Assembly (NCBI GenBank): GCA_031289775.1
Contig: JAITOY010000002.1
Span: 28,337-92,336, forward strand
Length of the DNA stretch: 64,000 nucleotides
Reading direction: 5' to 3'
From: Synergistaceae bacterium
Lineage (GTDB): Bacteria; Synergistota; Synergistia; Synergistales; Synergistaceae
In this document: positions 9,348-18,651 of the stretch, piece after piece
How positions within the stretch are numbered: the stretch's first letter is position 1
Layout of the letters: the number at the start of each line of letters is the position of its first letter
Notes under the pieces: model-generated
What the model saw: only the letters and a program-made list of their open reading frames with translations
Databases searched by the model: none
What the model was told of the DNA's origin: nothing
Translations under genes and position numbers: made by a program

Positions 9348-10139
9348 ATGGCCGAACATAACGGCGAGGACAAAAGCGTAGATATCCGAGGCGTGTCGAA
9401 AATTTTTACGCTGAGCGCGGGAGACCTTCCTGTGCTCGACAAGGTCGATCTGCATATCTCGAGCGGCGAGTTCATCAGCGTTGTCGGGTCGAGCGGGTGC
9501 GGGAAAAGCACTTTTTTGCGCATTATCTCGGGGCTGGAGAGCGCGACTGCTGGCGACGTGTTTATCGGCGGAAGAAAGGTCGATCGCCCGAGCGTGAAGA
9601 CAGGAGTCATTTTTCAGGAATCCAGGCTGTTTCCGTGGCTCTCTGTGGAACAGAACATCGCGTTCGGCATTCACAAAAAAGTGGATAAAGAGGGCAGGAA
9701 AAAACTTATATGCCAACACGTCGGCCTCGTGGGGCTCGCTGGTTTTGAAAACGCCTACCCAAGGCAGCTTTCCGGTGGTATGCGGCAAAGGGTCAGCATC
9801 GCTCGCGCGCTTATCAATAAACCGGGGGTATTGCTTTTGGACGAACCCTTCGGAGCGCTGGACGCTTTGACGAGAATCCACATGCAGAACGAGGTTCTGC
9901 GCATATGGAGCGCGGAAAAATCCACGATGGTTTTGGTGACGCATGACGTCGACGAGGCAATATTCCTGAGCGACCGCATAGTAGTGATGTCCGACAGGCC
10001 GGGTTATATAAAAAATGTGCTCGATGTCGATATTTCGAGACCCAGGGATCGCAGCAGCGTTCCTTTTATGGAGATCCGCAAAAAAATTTATACGCATTTT
10101 TTTGCGGAGTCAGCGCTCTCGCTGGAGTATTATCTATAA
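9348..10139 (+). CDS. ABC transporter ATP-binding protein (SsuB/TauB-type)
   Basis: Walker A GSSGCGKST, signature LSGGMRQRVSIARAL, Walker B LLLDEPFGALD and an H-loop VTHD are all present. Confidence 0.8.
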   Translation: MAEHNGEDKSVDIRGVSKIFTLSAGDLPVLDKVDLHISSGEFISVVGSSGCGKSTFLRIISGLESATAGDVFIGGRKVDRPSVKTGVIFQESRLFPWLSVEQNIAFGIHKKVDKEGRKKLICQHVGLVGLAGFENAYPRQLSGGMRQRVSIARALINKPGVLLLDEPFGALDALTRIHMQNEVLRIWSAEKSTMVLVTHDVDEAIFLSDRIVVMSDRPGYIKNVLDVDISRPRDRSSVPFMEIRKKIYTHFFAESALSLEYYL

Positions 10140-10353
10140 AGCGAATTAATTTTCGCGCGTCGGCAACTCCTCCCTTTTCAACCCTCTCTCTGATGTTACA
10201 ATACGCTCGACTGTTCATAAGGAAACGCTGATTTATTGTCAGAGGCCTTCACGATAACGAATAAAAAACAGTCTCTGTGTTCCCGGACGAAGAAATTTCG
10301 TTTGAGGAATTTGATCAGCGCTCCCAAAAATCTCTGAAGGGTGGAAATCAATT

Positions 10354-11487
10354 ATGTCGACCCAGACGCCTCCAAACAGCGCGTCATGTCAGCCGAACTC
10401 CGCCGGATTGCCCAGTCAGTCCAGCCAGCCAAACGCATCGAGGCTCATGAATACGTCGGACGTTCGGAAGCTTGTCGCATCTGACGCGTTCAAGGGCATC
10501 TATGTTGTGAACAACTTATTAAAGAAGACTGATAAAAACGGCAGGCCGTACTGGGAGATGACTGTCTCGGATCAGCAGGGCATCCTGAACGCGAAGATAT
10601 GGTCGGACGCCGGGTGGTGGGACAGGTCGACGCCGGAGCTCGAGGGCAAACCCGACATGCTCTCGGAGGCTGGCATCAAAGCGCTCAAGGGGAAGACGGT
10701 TGGCATCACCGGTAAAGTCGCCGACTTCAGAGGGCAGCTTCAGTATAATTTCAACGCCATAACGCTCCTCAACCAGGACAAATATTCGCCGACGCAGTAT
10801 ATCGCTCATTCGGAGATACCCCTCCCCGTCCTTATTCAGCGGCTGGAGTCGGCTATAGACGTGTGCCGGCCGGAGGTGCGAGATTTCCTGAGATATGTCT
10901 TCAGCGGCGAGAGGGGCAGAGCCTTCCGGGACGCCCCGGCCGCCGTATCGAACCATCACGCCTACGCGCATGGCCTGCTCGAACACACTCTGGCCGTCGC
11001 TGACGCGGCCAGGGCGATGGCCCTCACATACGTCGACGTTCACCCGTCGCTCGACGTCGACGTCGTGGCCGCGGGCGCGCTTTTGCACGACCTGGGCAAG
11101 ATCGAGTCTTACTCCATGTCCCCGATTCCAGAGATAACGCTGCCGGGGGCTGTGCTCGACCACATCGCGATAGGTTACGCTATGTTCGCTCGCCTCACGG
11201 AGGAGTCGAACCTCGGCCGCGAGCTTCGTCTCCAGATCGGGCACATAATATTGAGCCATCACGGACAGAAGGAGTTCGGCTCGCCAGTCCTCCCCGCGAC
11301 GCTCGAGGCGCTTATCGTCTCGGCCGCCGACGAGCTCGACTTCAGGCTGTTCTGCTGGAAGGACGCGGTGAAGGATCTTTCGCCGGGACAGAGCATCTCC
11401 GCGTTCCACTTCGCGGCCCAGAGACGCTTCTGGCGAGCGGCGCCGGAGCTTGAAGAAAAACAGGATGCGAACAGAAAAGAGCCCTGA
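10354..11487 (+). CDS. HD-domain protein with an N-terminal OB-fold, YhaM-like 3'-5' exoribonuclease family
   Basis: The OB-fold region (GIYVVNNLLKKTDKNGRPYWEMTVSDQQG) is followed by HD motifs (H..AHGLLEHTL…LLHDLGKIE…ILSHHG). The N-terminal ~35 aa are low-complexity S/Q/P-rich. An alternative start lies near 10447. Confidence 0.55.
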   Translation: MSTQTPPNSASCQPNSAGLPSQSSQPNASRLMNTSDVRKLVASDAFKGIYVVNNLLKKTDKNGRPYWEMTVSDQQGILNAKIWSDAGWWDRSTPELEGKPDMLSEAGIKALKGKTVGITGKVADFRGQLQYNFNAITLLNQDKYSPTQYIAHSEIPLPVLIQRLESAIDVCRPEVRDFLRYVFSGERGRAFRDAPAAVSNHHAYAHGLLEHTLAVADAARAMALTYVDVHPSLDVDVVAAGALLHDLGKIESYSMSPIPEITLPGAVLDHIAIGYAMFARLTEESNLGRELRLQIGHIILSHHGQKEFGSPVLPATLEALIVSAADELDFRLFCWKDAVKDLSPGQSISAFHFAAQRRFWRAAPELEEKQDANRKEP

Positions 11488-12373
11488 TTTCACGGTCACG
11501 ACGGATCAGGCGGACCGGCGCCTCGACAGAGTGCTTCGCGGGCTTTATCCGGACGTGCCCTTAGGCGCGATAATGAAGGCGATGCGCAAGGGCGCCGTGC
11601 GGGTCAACGGCGCAAAAAGCGACGGCGCGACCCGGCTCGACGCCGGCGACGTCGTCTCCGTTCCCTGGGTCGTCTTGCGGCCGGACAGGCCGAAAACTTT
11701 AGATTCCGCTCGCGTCGGACAGGCAAAACGCGTCACGGCCCTGAAAACCTTGTTGCGGACGGACGACCTCTGGTGTCTCGAAAAACCAGCTGGCCTGTTG
11801 AGCCAGCCGGACAGCAAAGGCGGCGACTCTGTGATCACGAGGGCGTGGGCAGAGCTGTCCTGGGAGCGGGACGACTTTCGTCCGGCGCTCATAGGCAGGC
11901 TCGACCGCAACGTCTCCGGCGTAGTCGTCATAGCGCTGAACGCGCCCGTCCTGCGCTTACTTTCGTCCCTCGTCAGGGACGGGCTCGTCAGAAAAATTTA
12001 CAGGGCGGTAGTTTTCGGGACGCCTCCGCCGGCGGGCGCGATAGACCTGCGGGTCGCCAAGGACGCTCGGACGAACAGAGTCTTGGCCGGCGACGGCGGA
12101 CAGGACGCCCTCACGAGATACAGAGTATTGCGGAGCGGAAAAAAATTTTCACTCGTCGAACTCGATCTGGTGACGGGACGCCCGCATCAGGCGAGAATTC
12201 ATCTTTCCTCGATAGGGCATCCGATAGCCGGAGACTTCAAGTACGGCGGCGGCAAGGGCGCCCGGATATTCCTCCACGCGTGCTCTCTCTCCCTGCCGGA
12301 AGGCCTGCCGCACTATCTCCGCGGCCTCACGATCGTCTCGCCCCCGCCCGACGAATTCGAATCGATGCTTTAG
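11450..12373 (+). CDS. RluA-family rRNA pseudouridine synthase (S4-like domain plus catalytic domain)
   Basis: It has an S4-like RNA-binding N-terminus (RLDRVLRGLYPDVPLGAIMKAMRKGAVRVNG) and the catalytic motif HRLDRxxSG (here IGRLDRNVSGVVVIA), with a conserved C-terminal GRPHQ(A)R. A probable start is 11465. Confidence 0.7.
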   Translation: MKKNRMRTEKSPDFTVTTDQADRRLDRVLRGLYPDVPLGAIMKAMRKGAVRVNGAKSDGATRLDAGDVVSVPWVVLRPDRPKTLDSARVGQAKRVTALKTLLRTDDLWCLEKPAGLLSQPDSKGGDSVITRAWAELSWERDDFRPALIGRLDRNVSGVVVIALNAPVLRLLSSLVRDGLVRKIYRAVVFGTPPPAGAIDLRVAKDARTNRVLAGDGGQDALTRYRVLRSGKKFSLVELDLVTGRPHQARIHLSSIGHPIAGDFKYGGGKGARIFLHACSLSLPEGLPHYLRGLTIVSPPPDEFESML

Positions 12374-12568
12374 CCCCTTGTACGCTCATCCAATAATGCG
12401 GGCCGGTATCCCCGCCTATATTTCCTCAGATACCATATCCCATGGGTCAGAGCCGCGGGAGGCGGCAAAATTTACTGGTATACGCGGTTGATCGACGAAA
12501 TTTTGAAGCCTGCCGAGGCGTTTGGCCTGGGGATAATGGACGTTGAAACTACTGGCGACGCGCTGTCT

Positions 12569-13243
12569 TTATTTGCCTGGCACGAGCGCGAGTATTTTAT
12601 TGGCCAACCCCGCCACGGACATCGACTGAAGCCAGATTTTCCCCGGGCCGGTCGCTGTCGTCAGGAACAAGCCCTCGCCGCCGAACAGGATGTTCTTGAA
12701 GCCCTTCACCATCTGGATATCGAGGTCGACAGTCGGCTCGCACATCGCGAGGCTTCCCGTGTCTATAAGCATCTTCTGGCCTGGTTTCAGTCCGTACTCC
12801 ACCACAGTGCCGTCAAGCTCGACAAACGCTGTGCCGGGGCCTGTCAGCTTCTGCATCACGAAACCTTCGCCGCCGAAGAAACCAAATCCGATCTTTTTTT
12901 TGAAGTGGGCAGCGAGCGTGACCGAGCGCTCCGCAGCCATGAACGCGTCCTTCTGGCAGATGACGCTCTCCCCGTCGCGCAGATTCAAGGCCTTTATCTC
13001 TCCCGGATACTCCGACGCGAAGGCGATCTCACCGCTTGCCTTTGCCGTGTATGTCGTCATGAAAAACGACTCGCCGGACATTTTTCTGGTCAGCCCGCTG
13101 AAAAGGCCGCCGTCCATGTTCGTGGACATGTCGAAGCCCTCCGTCATCCACGACATGCCGCCTTTTTCGGTGAAAACGGCCTCACCCTTGTTTAGCGAAC
13201 AGATGGCTACCGGCAGAGGACTGCCGGCTATTTTATATTCCAT
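12569..13243 (-). CDS. TIGR00266 / AIM24 (DUF124) family protein
   Basis: GGGAGGG sits 6 nt upstream of the ATG at 13243. The sequence has a β-rich repeat typical of the family (…GESVICQKDAFMAAERSV…GEGFVMQKLTGPGTAFVE…). The ORF-track start at 13258 is a TTG and is less likely. Confidence 0.5.
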   Translation of the reverse strand: MEYKIAGSPLPVAICSLNKGEAVFTEKGGMSWMTEGFDMSTNMDGGLFSGLTRKMSGESFFMTTYTAKASGEIAFASEYPGEIKALNLRDGESVICQKDAFMAAERSVTLAAHFKKKIGFGFFGGEGFVMQKLTGPGTAFVELDGTVVEYGLKPGQKMLIDTGSLAMCEPTVDLDIQMVKGFKNILFGGEGLFLTTATGPGKIWLQSMSVAGLANKILALVPGK

Positions 13244-13417
13244 AAAATGCCCTCCCAATTTTTAGTGATTGTCAATATAATTTTTCCAAGCGTCGAATTC
13301 ATTCTAGTTATTATTTTACACTAAATGTGAAAGCTACACTAGGCTGTTTAAGAAGTTGCTGATAAAATGGACTCGATAAAAATTCAGTATTTTATTTTTT
13401 CTCGGGGTGAATTGTGA

Positions 13418-13912
13418 ATGGCGCTGCTTGAGGTTCTTGCTTATCCAAATCCCGTGCTTCGTGTCACAGCGGATAGTGTTACGGTTTTTGACGACAAGCT
13501 CAGAAAATTGATTTCAGATATGTGGGAGACCATGTATTTTTCAAAAGGGGTCGGACTCGCCGCCCCACAGATAGGTCTCTCCATGAGGGTTGTGGTGATT
13601 GACTGGGAGGGAGAGAGGTACGCGCTCGTCAACCCGAGAATAGTCGAAGAGGAAGGGGAGGAGCGCTGTGAGGAGGGATGTCTCAGCTTCCCGGGCATCT
13701 ACGAGGAAATAACGAGGTCGACTAAAATAAAGGTTTTATACCAGGACGAGAACAGTATCGAGCACGACGACGTCATAGAGGGATTTCTCGCGCGCGTGTT
13801 CAGCCACGAGATAGACCACCTGGACGCGAAGCTTTTGATAGACCATCTTTCGCCGCTCAAAAAAACATTCCTGAAAAAAAAGATGGAGAGGAAGGCAAAA
13901 GAGCAGGAATGA
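13418..13912 (+). CDS. def: Peptide deformylase
   Basis: The three PDF motifs are present: GVGLAAPQIG, EGCLSFPG and HEIDHL. Confidence 0.85.
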   Translation: MALLEVLAYPNPVLRVTADSVTVFDDKLRKLISDMWETMYFSKGVGLAAPQIGLSMRVVVIDWEGERYALVNPRIVEEEGEERCEEGCLSFPGIYEEITRSTKIKVLYQDENSIEHDDVIEGFLARVFSHEIDHLDAKLLIDHLSPLKKTFLKKKMERKAKEQE

Positions 13913-14883
13913 GCGGGAATGAGGGTTCGGCTTTCACCGGCTCGTTCGGTTTTTTCGGCGCTGGGAGGTTTGCGGCTCGATGCCTCGAGCTGCTTTTGAA
14001 GTGGCGCCCGCCGTCGTGGATAGTAACGTCGCCTCCAAGTCGCGCCGGGCGTGGCAATGGGCTGTTGCCGACGCCTGTAGAGGTCTTCGCGAGGTTCTCG
14101 CTTCCAGGCATACCGATCGTGAACTCGTCTTTTGTGTCGCGTGACGTTTCGGTGATCGACCTCGCGGAACGATACCAGGCGAGTTTTTGTTTTGTGATAG
14201 ATTTTGGGCAGAGGATAGAGGCGCCGTTTCTCTCGCTAGGGCAGGCCGGGTGCCTCAACATACACCCCTCGCTTTTGCCGCGCTACAGGGGCGCGGCGCC
14301 GGTTCAGCGGGCGTTGATGGATTGCGCCGGGGAGACGGGCGTGACTGTCTTCAGGCTGTCCGAGGGGATGGACGCGGGGCCGGTTTTGCTGCGCGAAACG
14401 ATACAGATAGGCGAGGATGACGACGCGGGGACGCTTCTGGAGCGTGCCGCGCTTGCGGCGACATCGGCGTTTATAAAGCACGCCCAGCGCCTGCCGATTG
14501 GCGTGTGGACGTTCGAGCCGCAGAATGACGCTCTCGCGACAGACGCCCCAAAGATACGCCCCGAGGAGGAGCGTATAGATTGGGGAAAAAGCGCCGAAAA
14601 GATATGCGGCGTCGTTCGCGCCCTCGCCCCGAAGCCAGGCGCGTGGACCACGTCGCGCGGCAGACGTCTTAAAGTGCTGAAGGCAGCGCGCGCGCGCCTG
14701 AGTTCGTTCGGGGAGAGCGCCTCGACGGGCGGGTTGCTTGGGCTGGCCGAGGGCGGCGTTGGCGTCGCCTCTGGAGAGGGGAACGTGATTTTGAAGGAAG
14801 TGCAACTGGATGGCAAAAAAATTCAAGCGGCCGCAGAGTGGTGGAATGGACTCCGCGCAGCCTCAGGGGAGCGTCTTTTATGA
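13909..14883 (+). CDS. fmt: Methionyl-tRNA formyltransferase
   Basis: It has a 4-nt overlap with def (ATGA). The formyltransferase core (…CLNIHPSLLPRYRGAAPVQRAL…) and the C-terminal Fmt domain are present. It sits in the classic def-fmt operon position. Confidence 0.8.
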   Translation: MSGNEGSAFTGSFGFFGAGRFAARCLELLLKWRPPSWIVTSPPSRAGRGNGLLPTPVEVFARFSLPGIPIVNSSFVSRDVSVIDLAERYQASFCFVIDFGQRIEAPFLSLGQAGCLNIHPSLLPRYRGAAPVQRALMDCAGETGVTVFRLSEGMDAGPVLLRETIQIGEDDDAGTLLERAALAATSAFIKHAQRLPIGVWTFEPQNDALATDAPKIRPEEERIDWGKSAEKICGVVRALAPKPGAWTTSRGRRLKVLKAARARLSSFGESASTGGLLGLAEGGVGVASGEGNVILKEVQLDGKKIQAAAEWWNGLRAASGERLL

Positions 14884-15446
14884 CATTTGATATTGGCCGC
14901 AAGGCAGACTTCAGCGAGACTCGCGTGGAGAGCAAAAGCGTATATGACGGAAAAATTCTCAACCTTAGAGTCGACCGTGTGCGCCTGACGGATGGACGGC
15001 TGGTTTCAAGGGAGGTAGTGGAGCACAGACCCGCTGTCGTTATCCTCGCGGAGAACGACGATGAGAGCGTGGCGCTCGTGCGGCAGTACAGGTACGCCGC
15101 CGGCGAGACTCTTTTTGAGCTGCCGGCCGGACTGGCCGAACCTAGCGAGGATATCGCGGAGAGCGCCGTGCGCGAGTTGAGGGAGGAGGTGGGCCTTCGG
15201 CCCTCGCGTGTCGAAAAGGTCGCCGAATTCTATACGTCGCCCGGTTTCACGGACGAGATCATCTCGATGTTTTACGCCACAGGCCTCTCCCCAGACAGGC
15301 TTCCGCTCGACGACGACGAGCTCCTCGTCGCGGGTTTCGCTTCGCGCGGAGAGATCGAGGATTTGCTGCGCGCCGGTTCAATAAAGGATTGCAAGACTCT
15401 GTTCGGCCTCCACTGGTGGCTCAACAAGCTGAACGCGAGGTCGTGA
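14880..15446 (+). CDS. NUDIX hydrolase (ADP-ribose pyrophosphatase-like)
   Basis: The Nudix box is GETLFELPAGLAEPSEDIAESAVRELREEVGL (GX5EX7REUXEEXGU). The start is taken at ATG 14880, overlapping the fmt stop. The ORF-track start is 14838. Confidence 0.65.
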   Translation: MTFDIGRKADFSETRVESKSVYDGKILNLRVDRVRLTDGRLVSREVVEHRPAVVILAENDDESVALVRQYRYAAGETLFELPAGLAEPSEDIAESAVRELREEVGLRPSRVEKVAEFYTSPGFTDEIISMFYATGLSPDRLPLDDDELLVAGFASRGEIEDLLRAGSIKDCKTLFGLHWWLNKLNARS

Positions 15447-15450
15447 TCCC

Positions 15451-16491
15451 GTGAAGGCCCGAGTGGCCGCTCCCTACATGGATGGCGATGTTTGCGAGCT
15501 CATAACAGGTTTTTTGGACTACATGCGCTTTGAGCGGGACGCGAGCCCGCATACTGTCAGCGCCTACAGGAGCGACCTCCTGAACTGGCGCGGTTTTTGC
15601 GCGGAGCAGGGCAAGCCGCATTATCCGGTGGCGCCCGAGATGCTTTCGAGGTACCTGCGGCACATGGAGAAGACGGGCATGGCCTCTGGAACGAGGGCGC
15701 GAAGGGCATCAACTCTCTCCGCATTTTCGAAGTACCTTCTGTACGACGGCAGGGTAGACTCCGTGATTCCGCTCGGGCCTCTGCCAAAACGCGAGAGGTC
15801 GCTGCCGCACGTCATGACGGAGGGCGAGATACAGCGGCTTCTGGAGAGCTGCGAAAACCCGCTCTCACTCGGCATTTCAGGCGCGCTGGGCATCAGGAAG
15901 CGGCGAAACAGGAAAAAAGGGCAAAAAATTTCCGAGATGAAGGCCGTGCTTGGCCTGAGGGATCGGACTATGATCGAGATGGCGTATGACTGCGGGCTTC
16001 GGGCGAGTGAACTCTGTTCGCTCAAGTTGTCCGACATGGACGAGACGGGCGGCGTGATGTACGTCAGGGGCAAGGGGGACAAGGAGAGGATAGTGCCATA
16101 CGTAGGCGCTCTGCGCGGAGTTGTCAGGAGGTATCTCGACGAGTCGCGCCCCGTGCTTTTGCGGCGGGCGGATGACGACGGCAGTTTTCTTTTCCTATCG
16201 TCTCGCGGACGGAGAATGTCGCGGCAGGAATTGTGGAATATTGTTCAAAAAAGGGGGAGGAGCGCTGGAATATCCTCAAAGTCGCGCCTCCATCCTCATG
16301 TATTGAGGCACTCTTTCGCGACGCACCTGCAGCGAAGGGGGATGGACCTGCGTACTTTGCAGGAGTTGCTGGGGCACTCCTCCATAGCGACCACCGAGAA
16401 GTACGTTCATCTTGACACGGATTTGAGGGATCTTTATGACAGTTTTCACCCACGCGCAAGGCATAATCAAGACGCTAAAGGAGGTTACTGA
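15451..16491 (+). CDS. xerD: Tyrosine site-specific recombinase XerD/XerC family
   Basis: GTG start. It has the N-terminal SAM-like core-binding domain (LDYMRFERDASPHTVSAYRSDL) and catalytic residues in order (…R…HVLRHSFATHL…GHSSIATTEKYVHL). There is a ~30-aa basic insertion (GIRKRRNRKKGQKISEMK) ahead of the catalytic domain. Confidence 0.8.
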   Translation: MKARVAAPYMDGDVCELITGFLDYMRFERDASPHTVSAYRSDLLNWRGFCAEQGKPHYPVAPEMLSRYLRHMEKTGMASGTRARRASTLSAFSKYLLYDGRVDSVIPLGPLPKRERSLPHVMTEGEIQRLLESCENPLSLGISGALGIRKRRNRKKGQKISEMKAVLGLRDRTMIEMAYDCGLRASELCSLKLSDMDETGGVMYVRGKGDKERIVPYVGALRGVVRRYLDESRPVLLRRADDDGSFLFLSSRGRRMSRQELWNIVQKRGRSAGISSKSRLHPHVLRHSFATHLQRRGMDLRTLQELLGHSSIATTEKYVHLDTDLRDLYDSFHPRARHNQDAKGGY

Positions 16492-16504
16492 GGAAGGCAT
16501 TGGA

Positions 16505-17344
16505 ATGCTTAACTCCGAGAAAACGGCGGAGACTTTGGCGGCGATTAACCGCAGGACGACGCTTCGCCCGAAGGTCGGTATAATACTCGGCTCCGGCCTA
16601 GGTGACATAGCCGACTCCATAGAGAACTCCGTCGCTATAGTTTACGACGAGATACCGTACTGGCCTCGCACAACAGCCATAGGACACGCGGGACGCCTCG
16701 TAATCGGCACGCTCGAGGGGGCGCCGGTCGTGGCTATGCAGGGACGAGTGCACTATTACGAGGGTTATACGATGGAGGAGATAACGTTCCCGGTGCGAAT
16801 CTTCGGGGAGATGGGCATTCGGTCGATCATTGCGACTAACGCGGCTGGCGGCGTGAACCTGGACTACGCCCCCGGAGACCTCGTGGCGATCCGCGACCAC
16901 ATCAACTTCATGGGCACGAACCCGCTCATCGGGGCCAACAACAACAAATGGGGGCAGCGCTTCCCGGACATGACGTATGCCTACGACCCGGACTACATCG
17001 AAAAAGCGGCTCAGGTCGCGCGAGATAACAACATAAGGTTTCACAATGGCGTGTACATAGCGTTTTCTGGGCCTTCGTACGAGACGCCGGCCGAGATACT
17101 CATGAGCAGGGCGCTAGGGGCCGATGTCGTCGGCATGTCCACTGTGCCGGAGGTAATAGTGGCGAACCATATGGGCATGAGGGTGCTCGCTATTTCGTGC
17201 GTGTCGAATTACGCCGCCGGCGTGAGACCGGTAAGGCTGCTGCACAACGAGGTTCTTGAGGGGATGTCGCGCGCGGTCGGTTCGCTTGCCGCGGTGATAA
17301 AGGGTTTCTTGAGGGTTATCGCCGGCGATGTCCTGGGCGCTTGA
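16505..17344 (+). CDS. Purine nucleoside phosphorylase (PNP family 2, PunA-type)
   Basis: …KVGIILGSGLG…EGAPVVAMQGRVHYYEGY…FPVRIFGEMGIRSIIATNAAGG…MSTVPEV are characteristic of trimeric PNP. The start at ATG 16505 gives the usual ~24-aa N-terminus. The ORF-track start of 16436 would overlap xerD. Confidence 0.8.
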   Translation: MLNSEKTAETLAAINRRTTLRPKVGIILGSGLGDIADSIENSVAIVYDEIPYWPRTTAIGHAGRLVIGTLEGAPVVAMQGRVHYYEGYTMEEITFPVRIFGEMGIRSIIATNAAGGVNLDYAPGDLVAIRDHINFMGTNPLIGANNNKWGQRFPDMTYAYDPDYIEKAAQVARDNNIRFHNGVYIAFSGPSYETPAEILMSRALGADVVGMSTVPEVIVANHMGMRVLAISCVSNYAAGVRPVRLLHNEVLEGMSRAVGSLAAVIKGFLRVIAGDVLGA

Positions 17345-18632
17345 GTTTATAGAGCGCAAGCGGGACGGCCTGTCTCACTCCGACGAGGAGATCCGGAAGT
17401 TCGTCGAGGCAGTCCGGGACGGAGATATGCCGGATTACCAGATATCGGCGTGGCTCATGGCGGCGTTCCTGCGCGGGTTTGACGGGGACGAGTTGAGGGC
17501 GTTCACTGCGGCCCTGGCGTCGTCCGGCGACGTCGTGAGTTTGCCAGGCGGCGCGGTTGTCGACAAACACAGCACTGGCGGCGTCGGCGACAAGACGACC
17601 CTCGTTGTCGCCCCGCTCGTCGCGGCATGCGGCCTCAGGGTCGCCAAGCTCAGCGGGCGCGGCCTCGGTTTCACCGGAGGCACAGTAGACAAGCTCGAGT
17701 CAATTCCTGGCATGGATCTCCACCTGACGACCGAACGCTTTATGAGGCAGGCTGACGAGCTGGGGATCGCGCTAAGCGGGCACTCGCTCGCGCTCGCCCC
17801 GGCGGAGGGAAAGTTCTACGCAATGAGGGACGTCACGGGCACAGTTCCGTCAATACCGCTCATAGCGAGCAGCATAGTTTCAAAAAAAATTGCCGGCGGC
17901 GCGAGCGCGTTTGTCTTCGACGTGAAGTGCGGGGCAGGCGCGTTTATGCGAACAAAGGGCGAAGCCGAAAAGCTTGCTCGCGCGCTTGTGGATCTCTCCG
18001 CGTCCCTTGACAGAAAAAGCTCGTGCCTGATCTCCGACATGGAGAATCCCCTTGGCGAGTGGGTCGGGAACTCAGCGGAGGTCGTAGAGGCGGTGGATGT
18101 GCTGTCTGGAAATGGCCCTGACGACACGAGGGAGTTGTGCCTCGCGCTCGCCTCGGAGATGCTGCTTCAGGGCGGGGCCGTGAGCGACGCCGAGTCCGCC
18201 GTCGCGATGGCGACGGGCGCGCTTGACTGCGGCGCGGGGCTGAGTAAATTCGAGGCGCTGATAAGAGCGCAGGGCGGAGACGGAGACGTGTGCGCCGCGC
18301 CGAAAAAGATTCTTCCTCTAGCGTCGCGCAAAAAAGTGATCGAGTCGGCGCGCGCCGGGCGCGTGGAGCGGATGGACGCGCGGAGCGCCGGGGAAGCTGT
18401 GCGCGCTTTAGGCGGCGGCAGGTCGCGAAAAGAGGACGCCGTCGACCCGTCCGTGGCTCTCAGGATACTGAAAAAGACCGGGGACGCCGTCGACAGGGGT
18501 GAACCTCTAGCCGAGGCCTTCTTCAACGATGAGAGCAAGCTTGAATCGGCGTTGCGGTATCTGGATTCGATGTACTCGGTCGGTTCGGAGAGCGTAAAGC
18601 GCCGCAAACTGATACTCGGCCGGGTGGGCTGA
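17328..18632 (+). CDS. pdp: Pyrimidine-nucleoside (thymidine) phosphorylase
   Basis: The N-terminal helical domain (IRKFVEAVRDGDMPDYQISAWLMAAFLRG) and HSTGGVGDKTTL phosphate-binding motif are present, followed by the C-terminal α/β domain. Confidence 0.8.
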   Translation: MSWALEFIERKRDGLSHSDEEIRKFVEAVRDGDMPDYQISAWLMAAFLRGFDGDELRAFTAALASSGDVVSLPGGAVVDKHSTGGVGDKTTLVVAPLVAACGLRVAKLSGRGLGFTGGTVDKLESIPGMDLHLTTERFMRQADELGIALSGHSLALAPAEGKFYAMRDVTGTVPSIPLIASSIVSKKIAGGASAFVFDVKCGAGAFMRTKGEAEKLARALVDLSASLDRKSSCLISDMENPLGEWVGNSAEVVEAVDVLSGNGPDDTRELCLALASEMLLQGGAVSDAESAVAMATGALDCGAGLSKFEALIRAQGGDGDVCAAPKKILPLASRKKVIESARAGRVERMDARSAGEAVRALGGGRSRKEDAVDPSVALRILKKTGDAVDRGEPLAEAFFNDESKLESALRYLDSMYSVGSESVKRRKLILGRVG

Positions 18633-18651
18633 TCCAAACTGAGGGCGGGTC

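Noticed and set aside
8323-10097. Minus-strand ORFs of 284 aa and 252 aa opposite the ABC permease and ATPase
   Set aside because: They are antisense to genes with unambiguous Walker/EAA motifs, and their composition is low-complexity.
12488-13265. Plus-strand ORFs 12488..13195 and 12690..13265
   Set aside because: They are antisense to the TIGR00266/DUF124 gene, which has a strong RBS and family-typical sequence. They have no motifs of their own.
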